Source: Anaeromyxobacter sp. (GTDB lineage Bacteria > Myxococcota > Myxococcia > Myxococcales > Anaeromyxobacteraceae). From it: DNA of 64,000 nucleotides. Both the position numbers and the translations under genes were made by a program. Position 1 is the first letter of the stretch, and each line of letters opens with the position of its first letter. The notes under the pieces were generated by a model. It was not told where the DNA came from, searched no databases, and worked only from the letters and a program-made list of their open reading frames with translations. The DNA lies in contig JASGJN010000011.1 in the NCBI GenBank assembly GCA_049840735.1, positions 1 through 64,000 of the forward strand, read 5' to 3'. Of the stretch, positions 23,413 through 33,784 are shown piece by piece.

Positions 23413-25146
23413 ATGGGTAAGCTCATCACCATCGACCCGGTGACCCGCATCGAGGGCCACCTCCGCATCGACGTCGAGGTGGACGGCGGCGCGGTCAAGA
23501 AGGCCTGGTCCTCGGGGACCATGTGGCGCGGCATCGAGCCCATCGTGCAGGGGCGTGACCCCCGCGACGCCTGGGTGTTCGTGCAGCGCATCTGCGGCGT
23601 GTGCACCACCGTGCACGCCATCACGTCGGTGCGCTCGGTCGAGAACGCGCTGGGGCTGCAGATCCCGCTCAACGCGCAGCTCATCCGCAACCTGATCATC
23701 AGCGCCCACGCGCTGCACGATCACATCGTGCACTTCTACCACCTGTCGGCGCTCGACTGGGTGGACGTGACCAGCGCGCTGAAGGCCGACCCGGACAAGG
23801 CCGCCGAGATCGCCCAGAGCATCTCCGAGTGGCCGGGCAACTCGAAGCAGCAGCTCCGCGCGGTCAAGGCGAAGCTGGAGGGCTTCGTGAAGGCCGGGCA
23901 GATGGGCATCTTCACCAACGGCTACTGGGGCCACCCGGCGATGAAGCTCCCGCCGGAGGTGAACCTGCTGGCCGTCTCCCACTACCTGCAGGCGCTCGAC
24001 GTGCAGCGGAAGGCCAACCAGGTGGTGGCCATCCTCGGCTCCAAGACGCCGAACATCCAGAACCTGGCGGTGGGCGGCGTCGCCAACGCCATCAACCTGG
24101 ACAGCCCCGCCACGCTCAACATGGAGCGGCTGTACATGGTGAAGACGCTGCTGGAGGAGGTCCGCACCTTCGTCCAGCAGGTCTACTTCCCCGACGTGGC
24201 GGCCATCGCCGGCTTCTACCCGGACTGGCTGTCCTACGGCGCGGGCGTGACCAACTACCTGGCCACCCCGGATCTCCCCACCGACGCGGGCATGACGCAG
24301 TTCGACCTGCCCGGCGGCGTGCTCTGGGGCGACAAGCTCACGGCCATCAAGGACTGGAACAGCCAGTACCTGAAGGAGAACGTCACCGAGTCGATCGCGT
24401 CCTCGTACTACGAGGGCGACACGAAGCGGAAGCCGTGGGAGGGCCAGACCAACCCGAAGCCGCCCGCCGTCTCGGCGCTCTGGAAGCAGGAGCAGCCGGC
24501 GCCGGACAAGTACTCCTGGGTGAAGTCGCCTCGCCTGGAGGACAAGCCGGTGCAGGTGGGCCCGCTGGCGCAGGTGCTGGTGGGCTACCTCTCCGGCCAC
24601 GCGGGCATCAAGCTCTGGGCGGATCGGTGCCTGGACCTGGCCGGCTCGGTCGCCAAGACCAAGCTCACGCCGGCGGTGCTCCACTCCACCCTGGGCCGCC
24701 ACGGCGCCCGCGCCATCCGGGCCGCGGTGCTGTCCGACCTGGCGCTCAAGCACTGGGGCCTGCTGGTCGAGAACATCGGCAAGGGCGACACCGACATCTT
24801 CGTGGACCCCATGGCCGGCCTGAAGAAGGGCGAGTACCAGGGCGTGGGCTTCCACGAGGCGCCGCGCGGCCTCCTCTCGCACTGGTGCGTGGTGGAGAGC
24901 GACGGCAAGTCGATGAAGCTCAAGAACTACCAGGCGGTGGTGCCGTCCACCTGGAACGCCGGCCCGCGCGACGAGCACGGCGAGCCCGGCCCCTACGAGA
25001 AGTCGCTGGTCGGCAACCCCATCGCCGACGCGAAGCTGCCGCTCGAGGCGCTCCGGACCGTCCACTCGTTCGACCCCTGCCTCGCGTGCGCCATCCACAC
25101 CGTGGACGCCGAGGGCGAGGAAATCGCCCGGGTGAAGGTGCTGTAG
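23413..25146 (+). CDS. hybC: [NiFe]-hydrogenase large subunit
   Basis: DPVTRIEGH, L1 RICGVCTTVH, L2 SFDPCLACAIH plus cleavable tail. Confidence 0.96.
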   Translation: MGKLITIDPVTRIEGHLRIDVEVDGGAVKKAWSSGTMWRGIEPIVQGRDPRDAWVFVQRICGVCTTVHAITSVRSVENALGLQIPLNAQLIRNLIISAHALHDHIVHFYHLSALDWVDVTSALKADPDKAAEIAQSISEWPGNSKQQLRAVKAKLEGFVKAGQMGIFTNGYWGHPAMKLPPEVNLLAVSHYLQALDVQRKANQVVAILGSKTPNIQNLAVGGVANAINLDSPATLNMERLYMVKTLLEEVRTFVQQVYFPDVAAIAGFYPDWLSYGAGVTNYLATPDLPTDAGMTQFDLPGGVLWGDKLTAIKDWNSQYLKENVTESIASSYYEGDTKRKPWEGQTNPKPPAVSALWKQEQPAPDKYSWVKSPRLEDKPVQVGPLAQVLVGYLSGHAGIKLWADRCLDLAGSVAKTKLTPAVLHSTLGRHGARAIRAAVLSDLALKHWGLLVENIGKGDTDIFVDPMAGLKKGEYQGVGFHEAPRGLLSHWCVVESDGKSMKLKNYQAVVPSTWNAGPRDEHGEPGPYEKSLVGNPIADAKLPLEALRTVHSFDPCLACAIHTVDAEGEEIARVKVL

Positions 25147-25153
25147 CTCCGTC

Positions 25154-25188
25154 CGCTCGCCCCGGCCCGAGAGGGGGCGGGGCGAACG
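25154..25188 (+). terminator. GC-rich hairpin just after hybC
   Basis: TCGCCCCG...CGGGGCGA inverted repeat, no U-tract. Confidence 0.3.
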
Positions 25189-25271
25189 GGTGCTAGAATC
25201 CCGTCCCCGGCAGCAGCGGGGACGGGATTCCTTCTTAGGGCCCGCGCACGGCGCGGGAGAAAGGCGGCCAC

Positions 25272-25802
25272 GTGGCCCGCATCGCGGTCATCGGCATCGG
25301 CAACGTCCTCACCGCCGACGATGGAGTCGGCCCGTACGTCCTCAAGACGCTGGAGGCGGGCTGGACCTTCCCGGAGGACGTGCAGCTGCTGGACGCCGGC
25401 ACCCCGGGCCTGGACCTCACCGCCTACATGGCCGACCTGGAGGCGGTGGTGTTCGTGGACGCGGTCAAGGCCAGCGCGCCCCCCGGCACGCTGCGCCTCT
25501 ACGACCGCGACGGCCTGGTGAAGAAGTCGCCGGTGCTGGCGGTCAGCCCGCACGAGCCGGGCGTGCGCGAGGCCATCATGAACGCGGAGTTCATGGGCGT
25601 CGCGCCCAAGGTGATCAGGCTGGTGGGCGTGGTGCCGGGCAGCACCGGCTACGAGATGGGGCTCACCGACGCGGTCCGCGCGGCGGTGCCGGCGGCGGTG
25701 GCCCAGGTGCTCGAGGAGCTGCGCGCGCTGGGCGTGCAGCCCCAGCCGCGCGTGCCGCCGCTCGAGCCCGACCTGTGGTGGGAGCGCAAGCCGGGGGCGT
25801 GA
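25272..25802 (+). CDS. hybD: Hydrogenase maturation protease
   Basis: VIGIGNVLTADDGVG, DAGT, VDAV, SPHE. Confidence 0.92.
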   Translation: MARIAVIGIGNVLTADDGVGPYVLKTLEAGWTFPEDVQLLDAGTPGLDLTAYMADLEAVVFVDAVKASAPPGTLRLYDRDGLVKKSPVLAVSPHEPGVREAIMNAEFMGVAPKVIRLVGVVPGSTGYEMGLTDAVRAAVPAAVAQVLEELRALGVQPQPRVPPLEPDLWWERKPGA

Positions 25803-26074
25803 GCCCGATCGTCGGCTCCGGGGAGGCTGCGAGCGGGGCCAGGGCCGCTGGCACCTCTGCCGGTACAGGGCGCGGGGGAGCCCCTGCCCCTGCACCGTGG
25901 GCGGGACCGTGCCGAGGGGGGGAATGGGGACGGGGTGGGGGCGGTGCGAGCGGGGGCGGGGGCGGAGGGAGCGACGAGGGCGGGGTCAGGTCGTTCCTGT
26001 TCACGCTCACTTGCTCCAGCGAATGCGTCCTTGGGAGGAGATCCGGGTCGGGTCAGGTCATTGCTGATGAGGAG

Positions 26075-26124
26075 CCGTTCGGGCTGAGCGTAGCGAGCCC
26101 GCAGGGCTCGCGGAGTCGAAGCCC
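26075..26124 (+). repeat. REP-like nested-hairpin element, single copy
   Basis: CCGTTC GGGC TGAGCGTAG CGAGCCC GCA GGGCTCG CGGAGTCGAA GCCC. Confidence 0.85.
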
Positions 26125-26346
26125 AGGGCCGTGAGTCACACGTGCCGGATCAAGCGGGGCTTCCCGCAGGGTGCGCGTGCGATGGTCAGGGCGCCTGGTA
26201 CAGCCGGATGCGCCCCGACGCGTCGGGCCAGGCCACCACGCCAGCGTGGCCGTCAAGGCGGCCAGCCGCCGTGGCGGGGGGGGGCCACGACCGGGCCAGC
26301 GCCGCGCGAGCAGGCGGGCGCTCCAGCGTTCCGGCCTGCTGCAGGT

Positions 26347-26742
26347 TCAACGCACCCAGCCGGCCGGCGTGGAGCCGCCGGCGCTCACCGCGCCCGTGCC
26401 CCGCCCGGCCCGGTCCGAGCCGGCAATCGCCGCGGCCGGTGCCTGCCCGGCAGCGCCCTCGACCACGAGGCCGGGGCTCGCGGGGCTCGACCCCCCGGCG
26501 CTCACCGCGCCGGTCGTCCGCCCCGAGCGATCCGAGCCGGCCAGCTGCGCGCCCTGCCTCGTCCAGCCGCTGGCCTGCTCGCCCAGGCTGGCGCGCCCGC
26601 CCGGCAGCGCCGGCACGGAGCCCCCGGCGCTCACGGCGCCCGTGGTCCCGCCCGCGCGGTCGGAGCCCGCGCCCTCCTCGGCGCTGGCTGCCGCGCTGAT
26701 CAACAGGGCTCCCGCCAACCCCACCCACCACCGCAACGTCAT
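26347..26742 (-). CDS. Small secreted protein with three AGSDRxGxxTGAVSAGGSxPA repeats
   Basis: GGAGG RBS, signal peptide ending ASA, three in-frame repeats differing mostly at synonymous positions. Confidence 0.7.
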   Translation of the reverse strand: MTLRWWVGLAGALLISAAASAEEGAGSDRAGGTTGAVSAGGSVPALPGGRASLGEQASGWTRQGAQLAGSDRSGRTTGAVSAGGSSPASPGLVVEGAAGQAPAAAIAGSDRAGRGTGAVSAGGSTPAGWVR

Positions 26743-26897
26743 GGCCACATCCTCCGTTCGCCCTGCATCGTAAGCGTGGGGCGGCGACGCAGCGGGTGAA
26801 AACAATCCCTCAGCGCGCCGGCAGCGACGCGCGCCGCCGGACCGTGGTGCGGTTGCGTGCCGCAGGGGTGCGCTGGTAAGCTCCCCCGGCTCAACCC

Positions 26898-29244
26898 TTG
26901 GACGCGAAAAGCATTTTCTTGCAGACCTCCCCCGCCAGCGCCCTCCCGGCCTCCCCCGCCGACCTTCCTCCGGAAGGGCGACGGTTCCGGGTCACCGGCA
27001 CGGTCCAGGGGGTGGGGTTCCGGCCCTTCGTCTACCGCCTGGCGCACCAGGCCGGCCTGGCCGGGCGCGTGCGCAACGACGCCGGGGGCGTGACCATCGA
27101 GGCCTTCGGCACCGGCGCCGCCCTGGACGACTTCCAGCGGCGGCTGCTGGCGGATCGTCCGCCCGCGGCGGCCATCGCCTCGCTCACCGCCGAGGCCATC
27201 GCCCCCGAGCCGGCGGCGCGCTTCGAGAATCGTCCAGAGCGGCGGCGCCGCGGAGCGGCGGGTGGCCATCCCGCCCGACCTGGCCACCTGCCCGGACTGC
27301 GCGCGCGAGGTGGCCGACCCGGCCGACCGGCGCTTCCGCTACCCGTTCACCAACTGCACGAACTGTGGCCCGCGCTTCACCATCGCGCTGGGCGTCCCCT
27401 ACGACCGGCCCGCCACCACCATGGCCGGCTTCACCCAGTGCCCGGCCTGCGCGCGCGAGTACAGCGAGCCGCTCGACCGCCGCTTCCACGCGCAGCCCAA
27501 CGCCTGCCCGGTGTGCGGGCCGCAGGTCACGCTGCGCGACCGGACCGGCGCGCCGCTCCCCTCCGCCGATCCCATCGGCGACGCCGGCCGCGCCCTGGCC
27601 GCCGGGCAGGTGCTGGCGGTGAAGGGGATCGGCGGCTACCACCTGGCCTGCGACGCCAGCGCGCCGGCCGCGGTGCAGCTGCTCAGGGCCCGCAAGCGCC
27701 GGGACGAGAAGCCGCTGGCCGTGATGGTGGCCGACCTCGAGGCGGCGCGCGCGCTGGCCGAGCTCCTGCCGGAGGAGGCCCGGCTGCTGGCCTCGGTGGA
27801 GCGCCCCATCGTGCTCTGCCGGCGCCGGTCGGACGCGCCGCTGGCGCCGGAGATCGCGCCCGGCAGCCCGCTGGTGGGCGTGATGCTGGCCTACGCGCCG
27901 CTGCATCACCTGCTGCTCGCGGCCGCCGGCGCGCCGCTGGTGATGACCAGCGGCAACCTCTCCGACGAGCCCATCGCCTTCGAGGACGCCGACGCGCTGG
28001 CGCGCCTCTCGCCCATCGCCGACCTGTTCCTGACCCACGACCGGCCCATCGCCTCCCGCTGCGACGACTCGGTGGCGCGGGTGGTGGCCGGGCGGCCCAT
28101 GGTCATGCGCCGCAGCCGCGGCTGGGTGCCGCGGCCGGTGCGGGTGCGCCGCCGCTTCTCGCGGCCGGTGCTGGCGGTGGGGGCGCAGCTCAAGAACACC
28201 TTCTGCCTGGCGCGCGGCGACGAGGCCACGCTGGGCCCGCACGTCGGCGACCTGGACGACCTCGAGACCTACGCGTCCTTCGAGGCCGCCGTGGCGCGGC
28301 TGGAGGCCTTCCTGGCGCTGCGGCCGGAGCTCCTGGCCTGCGACCTCCACCCGCTCTACCTCTCCACCCGCTACGCCCGCGAGCGGGCCGCCGCGCTGGG
28401 CGTGCCGCTGGTGGAGGTGCAGCACCACCACGCGCACGCCGCCGCGGCCATGGCCGAGCACGGCCTCCCCGGCCCGGCGCTGGCGCTGTGCTGGGACGGC
28501 ACCGGGCTGGGCAGCGACGGCGCGGCCTGGGGCGGCGAGCTCTTGCTGGCCGAGCGCGGCCGCTTCGAGCGGCTGGCCACCTTCCGCCCGCTCCCGCTGC
28601 CGGGCGGCGACGCGGCCATCCGCGCCCCCTGGCGCCTGGCCCTGGCGGCGCTGCGCGACGCCTTCGGCGACGAGGCCCCGCTCGATCGGCTCCCGCTCTT
28701 CCAGGCGGTGCCGGCCCGCGAGCGCGAGGTGGTGGAGCGGCTGCTGGCGGCCGGGCTCAACAGCCCGCTGGCCCACGGCGCCGGCCGGACCTTCGACGCG
28801 GCTGGCGCCCTGGCGCTGGGCCGGCCGCTGGCCCGCTACGAGGGGCAGGTGGCGCTGGCGCTGGACGCGGCGGCGCTGGAAGAGGATGTGGGCGCCTACC
28901 CGTTCGAGATCGAGGCCGGCGGGCCGGAGACGCTCGACCTGCGGCCGCTCTGGCGGGCGCTCTGCGCGGACGTGCTGGCCGGACAGCCGGCCGGGGTGGT
29001 CTCGGCCCGCTTCCACGCGGCCCTGGCGGCGGGCGGCGCGGAGCTGGTCCGCCGCGCGACGCGGCGCGCCGGCCGGCTGCCGGTGGTGCTGACGGGCGGC
29101 TGCTTCCAGAATGGCCGGCTGGCGGCGGGAATCCTCCGCGCGCTGGCGGGGTCTCATGAGGTGTACCTGCACGGCGAGGTGCCGCCGGGAGACGGCGGGC
29201 TGGCGCTGGGGCAGGCGGTGGTGGCAGACGCGGTGCGGCTGTAG
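26898..29244 (+). CDS. hypF: Carbamoyltransferase (apparent frameshift at ~27229)
   Basis: Acylphosphatase GTVQGVGFRP, zinc fingers CPDC/CTNCGPR, QHHHAH, GDGGLALGQ. Confidence 0.93.
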
Positions 29245-29271
29245 GCGTGGTCCCCAAGGAGACGTGAAGAC

Positions 29272-29568
29272 ATGTGCCTCGGAGTGCCTGGCAAGGTGAT
29301 CGCCATCGACGGGCTGAGCGCGACGGTCGACTTCTTCGGCGTGAAGAAGGAGCTGCGGCTGGACATCGTGGACGAGCCGGTGGCGGTCGGTGACTACGTC
29401 CTGAACCACGTCGGCTTCGCCATCCGCCGCATCCCGCCCGCGGAGGTGCAGGAGACGCTGGCCATGTTCGACCAGATCCTGGAGATCTCCGGCGCCAAGG
29501 AGGACCTCATGGCGATGGACGTGATGGGCGAGATCGCGGCCGGCAAGCCGGCCAAGGGCCAGGCCTAG
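29272..29568 (+). CDS. hypC: Hydrogenase maturation chaperone
   Basis: MCLGVPG...GDYVLNHVGFAI. Confidence 0.95.
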   Translation: MCLGVPGKVIAIDGLSATVDFFGVKKELRLDIVDEPVAVGDYVLNHVGFAIRRIPPAEVQETLAMFDQILEISGAKEDLMAMDVMGEIAAGKPAKGQA

Positions 29569-29580
29569 GGAGGCACGGCA

Positions 29581-30711
29581 ATGGCCGATCTCTTCGATCA
29601 GTTGAAGTTCCGCGACCCGGCCCGCGCCCGCGCGCTGGCCCAGGCGCTCCAGCACAACATGGACGCCATCGGCCGCGAGGTCTCGGTCATGCACGTGTGC
29701 GGCAGCCACGAGCAGGCCATCGCCCGCTTCGGCCTGCGCGCCGTCCTCCCGCCCGGCCTCACGCTGATCATGGGCCCGGGCTGCCCGGTCTGCGTGACCG
29801 ACGGCGCCGAGGTGGACGAGGCGGTGGCGCTGGCCCTGGGCGGCGCCCGGGTCTGCACCTACGGCGACATGCTCCGGCTGCCCGGCACGGCCCGCTCGCT
29901 GGCCGACGCCCAGGCCGACGGCGCCAAGGTCGAGGTGGTCTACTCGCCCTCACAGGTGGTGGAGCTGGCGCAGAAGCACCCCGAGGACGAGGTGGTCTTC
30001 CTGGCCTCCGGCTTCGAGACCACCGCGGTGGTCACCGCGGCCGTGGCGCTCACGAACCCGCCCAAGAACCTCTCCATCCTCTCGGTGCACAAGTACGTGC
30101 CGGCGGCCATGGAGCTGGTGGCCGCCTCCAAGGAGACGAAGATCGAGGGCTACGTGGCCGCCGGCCACGCCGCCATCATCACCGGCTGGGAGATCTTCGA
30201 GCCCTTCGCCCGCCGCACCGGCTCGCCGGTGGTGGTGGCCGGCTTCGAGCCGCTCGACATCCTGGCCGCGCTGGTGAAGCTGACCGAGCTCATGAAGGAG
30301 CGGCGGCCGGAGGTGGCCAACGTCTACCCGCGCTGCGTCACCAAGGAGGGGAACAAGGCCGCCCAGGCCTCCCTCTGGAAGGTGTTCCGGACGCGGACCG
30401 GGCGCTGGCGCGGCATCGCCGACGTGCCGGACGGCAACCTGGAATTGACGCCGGCCTACGCGCACCTGGACGCGCGCCAGCGGCTCACGGTGGACACCTC
30501 GCAGGTGCGGGACGACGACCAGGCGGCCGAGGCGCAGGGGTGCATCTGCGGGTCCATCATGCTGGGCCTGGCCACGCCGCACGACTGCGCGCTCTTCGGC
30601 AAGACCTGCGTGCCGGAGTCGCCGGTGGGCGCCTGCATGGTCTCCTCCGAGGGGCAGTGCCGCATCTGGCACACGTACGGTGGCGCACCGGATCTCCGGA
30701 AGGTGGGGTAA
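29581..30711 (+). CDS. hypD: Hydrogenase maturation protein
   Basis: VCGSH, GPGCPVC, GFETT, GACMVSSEGQC. Confidence 0.95.
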   Translation: MADLFDQLKFRDPARARALAQALQHNMDAIGREVSVMHVCGSHEQAIARFGLRAVLPPGLTLIMGPGCPVCVTDGAEVDEAVALALGGARVCTYGDMLRLPGTARSLADAQADGAKVEVVYSPSQVVELAQKHPEDEVVFLASGFETTAVVTAAVALTNPPKNLSILSVHKYVPAAMELVAASKETKIEGYVAAGHAAIITGWEIFEPFARRTGSPVVVAGFEPLDILAALVKLTELMKERRPEVANVYPRCVTKEGNKAAQASLWKVFRTRTGRWRGIADVPDGNLELTPAYAHLDARQRLTVDTSQVRDDDQAAEAQGCICGSIMLGLATPHDCALFGKTCVPESPVGACMVSSEGQCRIWHTYGGAPDLRKVG

Positions 30712-30721
30712 GAAGGCCGCC

Positions 30722-31741
30722 ATGGAAAAGGTGCTGAAGATCGGCCTCAAGCACGGCTCCGGCGGGCGCGCCATGCGCCAGCTGATCGAGGACGTGTTCC
30801 TCTCGCTGGCCTCCCCGGTGGACGGGATCGGCCTGGCGGCCCTGGACGACGGCGCCGCCCTGCGGGTGGGCGACCGCTGGCTGGTGGTCACCACGGACTC
30901 GCACGTGGTCCACCCCATCTTCTTCCCGGGCGGCGACATCGGCCGGATCAGCGTCTCCGGCACGGTCAACGACCTGGCCATGATGGGCGCCACCGAGCCG
31001 CTGGGGATCACCTGCGCGGTGATCCTCGAGGAGGGCTTCCCGCGCGCCGACCTCGAGAAGGTGGTGGCCTCCATGAAGGCCACCGCCCAGGAGGCGGGCG
31101 CGCCGGTGGTCACCGGCGACACCAAGGTGATGGGCAAGGGGCAGGTGGACGGCCTGGTGCTCAACACCACCGGCGTGGCGCTGTGCGACCGGGTGGTCTC
31201 CGACGCCGGGCTGCGCGCGGGCGACCTGCTGATCGTGACCGGGTCCATCGGCGACCACGGGATGGCGGTGATGGCCCGCCGCCACGACCTGCGGCTGGAG
31301 GGCGACCTCCGCTCCGACGTCGCCCCCATCAACGGCCTCATCCGCGCGGCGCTGGCGGCCGGCGGCGAGGACGTGGTGGCCATGAAGGACCCGACCCGCG
31401 GCGGCGTCGCGGGCGTGCTGCACGAGATGGCCGCCAAGGGCAGCGTGGGGATCGTGGTGGACGAGCCGGCGCTGCCGGTCAACGACGAGGTCCGCGCGGC
31501 CGGCGAGATGATCGGCATCGACCCGCTGCTGGTGGCGAACGAGGGCAAGGCGGTGATCGGTGTGCGCGCCCGCTCGGCCGACAAGGTGCTGGCGGCGCTG
31601 CGGGCCCACCCGCAGGGCGCGAAGGCCACGGTCTTCGCGAAGGCCATCGCCGACCGGCCGGGCGCGGTGATCCTCGACACCGGGTTCGGCAAGCGGATGC
31701 TGGCCGAGCCGGAGGGCGAGCTGCTGCCCCGCATCTGCTAG
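30722..31741 (+). CDS. hypE: Carbamoyl dehydratase
   Basis: HGSGG, FFPGGDIG, GTVNDL, DPTRGG, C-terminal LPRIC. Confidence 0.95.
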   Translation: MEKVLKIGLKHGSGGRAMRQLIEDVFLSLASPVDGIGLAALDDGAALRVGDRWLVVTTDSHVVHPIFFPGGDIGRISVSGTVNDLAMMGATEPLGITCAVILEEGFPRADLEKVVASMKATAQEAGAPVVTGDTKVMGKGQVDGLVLNTTGVALCDRVVSDAGLRAGDLLIVTGSIGDHGMAVMARRHDLRLEGDLRSDVAPINGLIRAALAAGGEDVVAMKDPTRGGVAGVLHEMAAKGSVGIVVDEPALPVNDEVRAAGEMIGIDPLLVANEGKAVIGVRARSADKVLAALRAHPQGAKATVFAKAIADRPGAVILDTGFGKRMLAEPEGELLPRIC

Positions 31742-31757
31742 GGCGAGCGAAGATCCC

Positions 31758-32102
31758 ATGCACGAGTACTCCCTGGTCGAGGCGCTGGTGTCGCGGGTGG
31801 AGCAGGAGGCCCGCAAGCGCGGCGCGCTCCGCGTCCACGCCCTCTCGGTCCGCATCGGCGAGCTGGCCGGGGTGGACCCGGAGCTGTTCCAGACCGCCTA
31901 CGAGACATTCCGCGCCGGCACGCTCTGCGCGGAGGCCCCGCTCACCCTCAAGAAGTTCGCGGCCAGCTGGAGCTGCCCGCGCTGCAAGAAGCCGATCGCG
32001 CGCGGCGCGATCCTCCGCTGCGAGGACTGCCAGGTCCCGGCGCAGCTCGACGAGGGCGGCGACGCCCTCACCCTCGACGGCATCGAGATGGAGGTGCCCT
32101 GA
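31758..32102 (+). CDS. hypA: Nickel metallochaperone
   Basis: MHEYS start, two CxxC motifs. Confidence 0.93.
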   Translation: MHEYSLVEALVSRVEQEARKRGALRVHALSVRIGELAGVDPELFQTAYETFRAGTLCAEAPLTLKKFAASWSCPRCKKPIARGAILRCEDCQVPAQLDEGGDALTLDGIEMEVP

Positions 32103-33016
32103 TGTGCACGACCTGCGGCTGCGGCGACACCGAGCTGGTCCCGGTGGAGCTGCACGAGAAGATCCTGGCCGGCAACGACCGCGCCGCCCGCCACAACCGC
32201 GAGCACTTCCTCGAGGCCGGCGTGCTGGCCCTCAACATCATGGGGTCCCCCGGCGCCGGCAAGACCGGCGTGCTGGAGGCCACCGCCAAGGCCGGCGCGG
32301 CCCGCGGCTGGAGGCTGGGCGCGGTCTCGGCCGACCTGGCCACCGACAACGACGCGCGGCGCCTGGAGAAGGCGGGCATCCCTTCGCGCGCCATCACCAC
32401 CGGCCAGGCCTGCCACCTGGACGCCGAGCTGGTCCACCGCTCGCTCCACGACATGCCCTGGCGCGAGACCGACGTCTTCTTCATCGAGAACGTCGGCAAC
32501 CTGGTCTGCCCGGCCATCTACGACCTGGGCCAGGCGGCCAACGTGGTGGTGCTCTCGGTGACCGAGGGCGAGGACAAGCCGCTCAAGTACCCGGTGATGT
32601 TCAAGGCCGCCGACCTGGTGCTGGTCACCAAAATCGACCTGGTCCCGCACCTGGACGTCGACCTGGGCAAGCTCCGCGACGCCATCGGGCGCGTCATGCC
32701 CACCGCGAAGATCATCGAGCTCTCGGCCCGCAGCGGCGTCGGCATGGAGCAGTGGGTCGAGTGGCTTGCGGCGCTCAAGGCGGGGCTGCCCGGGCGCGGC
32801 GCGAAGGCGGGCCAGGGCCACACCCACCCGCACGCGCACGGCCTGGACTTCTCGCACGCCCACACCCACCAGCACGAGCACGAGCACGCCCACGGCGGCG
32901 AGCGCCACAGCCACCCGCACGCGCACGCCCACGCGCACGGCCACTCGCACGGGGCCGGCGAGGGGCACGACCACCAGCACGGCGGGGAGCACGGGGACCA
33001 CGACCACGAGCACTGA
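32102..33016 (+). CDS. hypB: Nickel-insertion GTPase with His-rich C-terminal tail
   Basis: MCTTCGC, GSPGAGKT, CHLDA, ENVGNLVCPA, DKPLKYP, TKID. Confidence 0.95.
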   Translation: MCTTCGCGDTELVPVELHEKILAGNDRAARHNREHFLEAGVLALNIMGSPGAGKTGVLEATAKAGAARGWRLGAVSADLATDNDARRLEKAGIPSRAITTGQACHLDAELVHRSLHDMPWRETDVFFIENVGNLVCPAIYDLGQAANVVVLSVTEGEDKPLKYPVMFKAADLVLVTKIDLVPHLDVDLGKLRDAIGRVMPTAKIIELSARSGVGMEQWVEWLAALKAGLPGRGAKAGQGHTHPHAHGLDFSHAHTHQHEHEHAHGGERHSHPHAHAHAHGHSHGAGEGHDHQHGGEHGDHDHEH

Positions 33017-33081
33017 GGGACGCCGCCGGGTCTCGCCCGGCGGTCCCCGCTCGCAGCTCCCCTGAGCCTGCCGGCCCGTGC

Positions 33082-33741
33082 TCAGCGGCCGCGCCCGAAG
33101 AGCAGCGCCTCCAGCTGCCGCGCGCCCGACGGCGTGCAGTAGGGCCAGGCCAGGGAGAGCGCGCCGCGAGCGTGCACCTCGAGCCGCTGCGCCGGATCGC
33201 CTTCGGGGTCGGCGAGCAGCGCCGACGGCAGCCAGAACAGCACCTGCGTGAGGACCTGCTGCCGCAGCGCTGGCAGCGCCGCCTCGGTGCGCCTCCGCTC
33301 CAGCAGGCCGGCCTCCACCAGGCGGCCGAGCACCACGTCCACGCGCGCCTCGCGACCGCGGTGCATCCGCTCGTGCACCGGGAGCAGCGCCGGGATGGCG
33401 GTGAGCAGCCCCACGTAGTCGCGGAAGAACCAGCGGTTCTCCAGGTCGCGCCGCATGATGCCGCGGAGGATCGCCTCCAGCCCCGCGAAGTCGAGCGGGC
33501 CCTCAATCGCAGCCACCTGCGCGTCGTTCTGGGCGTGGACCTCCCGCACCAGCGCCAGCACGAGGTCGTCCTTGGTCGGGAAGTGGTACGAGACGTTGCC
33601 CGGGCTGAGCTCCAGCTCGCGAGCGATCTCGCGGATCCCCACCTTGGTGACGCCGCGCTCGTTGAAGGCCTCGCGGGCGTGGGCCAGGATCCTGGCCGGG
33701 GTGGAGCCGCTCCCCGTTTTAGTACGTTGACCTAGAGCCAT
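33082..33741 (-). CDS. TetR/AcrR-family regulator
   Basis: HTH IREIARELELSPGNVSYHFPTK; divergent from the cupin gene. Confidence 0.9.
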   Translation of the reverse strand: MALGQRTKTGSGSTPARILAHAREAFNERGVTKVGIREIARELELSPGNVSYHFPTKDDLVLALVREVHAQNDAQVAAIEGPLDFAGLEAILRGIMRRDLENRWFFRDYVGLLTAIPALLPVHERMHRGREARVDVVLGRLVEAGLLERRRTEAALPALRQQVLTQVLFWLPSALLADPEGDPAQRLEVHARGALSLAWPYCTPSGARQLEALLFGRGR

Positions 33742-33766
33742 GTCGAGCACATAGTACAGCGTACTA
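33720..33766. promoter_or_regulatory. Putative TetR operators
   Basis: Perfect TAGTAC-AGC-GTACTA at 33752-33766 and imperfect TAGTAC-GTT-GACCTA at 33720-33734. Confidence 0.65.
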
Positions 33767-33784
33767 GACGAGGAGCCTACCCCC

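Noticed and set aside
20016..25146. O2-tolerant or NiFeSe hydrogenase
   Set aside because: No supernumerary proximal cysteines (CTGC, not CTCC) and L2 is DPCLAC with Cys codons.
25663..26010. Pro-rich minus-strand ORF after hybD
   Set aside because: Low complexity, overlaps hybD antisense, no recognisable motif; cannot be supported.
26063..26124. CTGATGAG next to a repeat copy, resembling a hammerhead ribozyme core
   Set aside because: No GAAA after a stem II and no stems I/III; the other copies lack CTGATGA.
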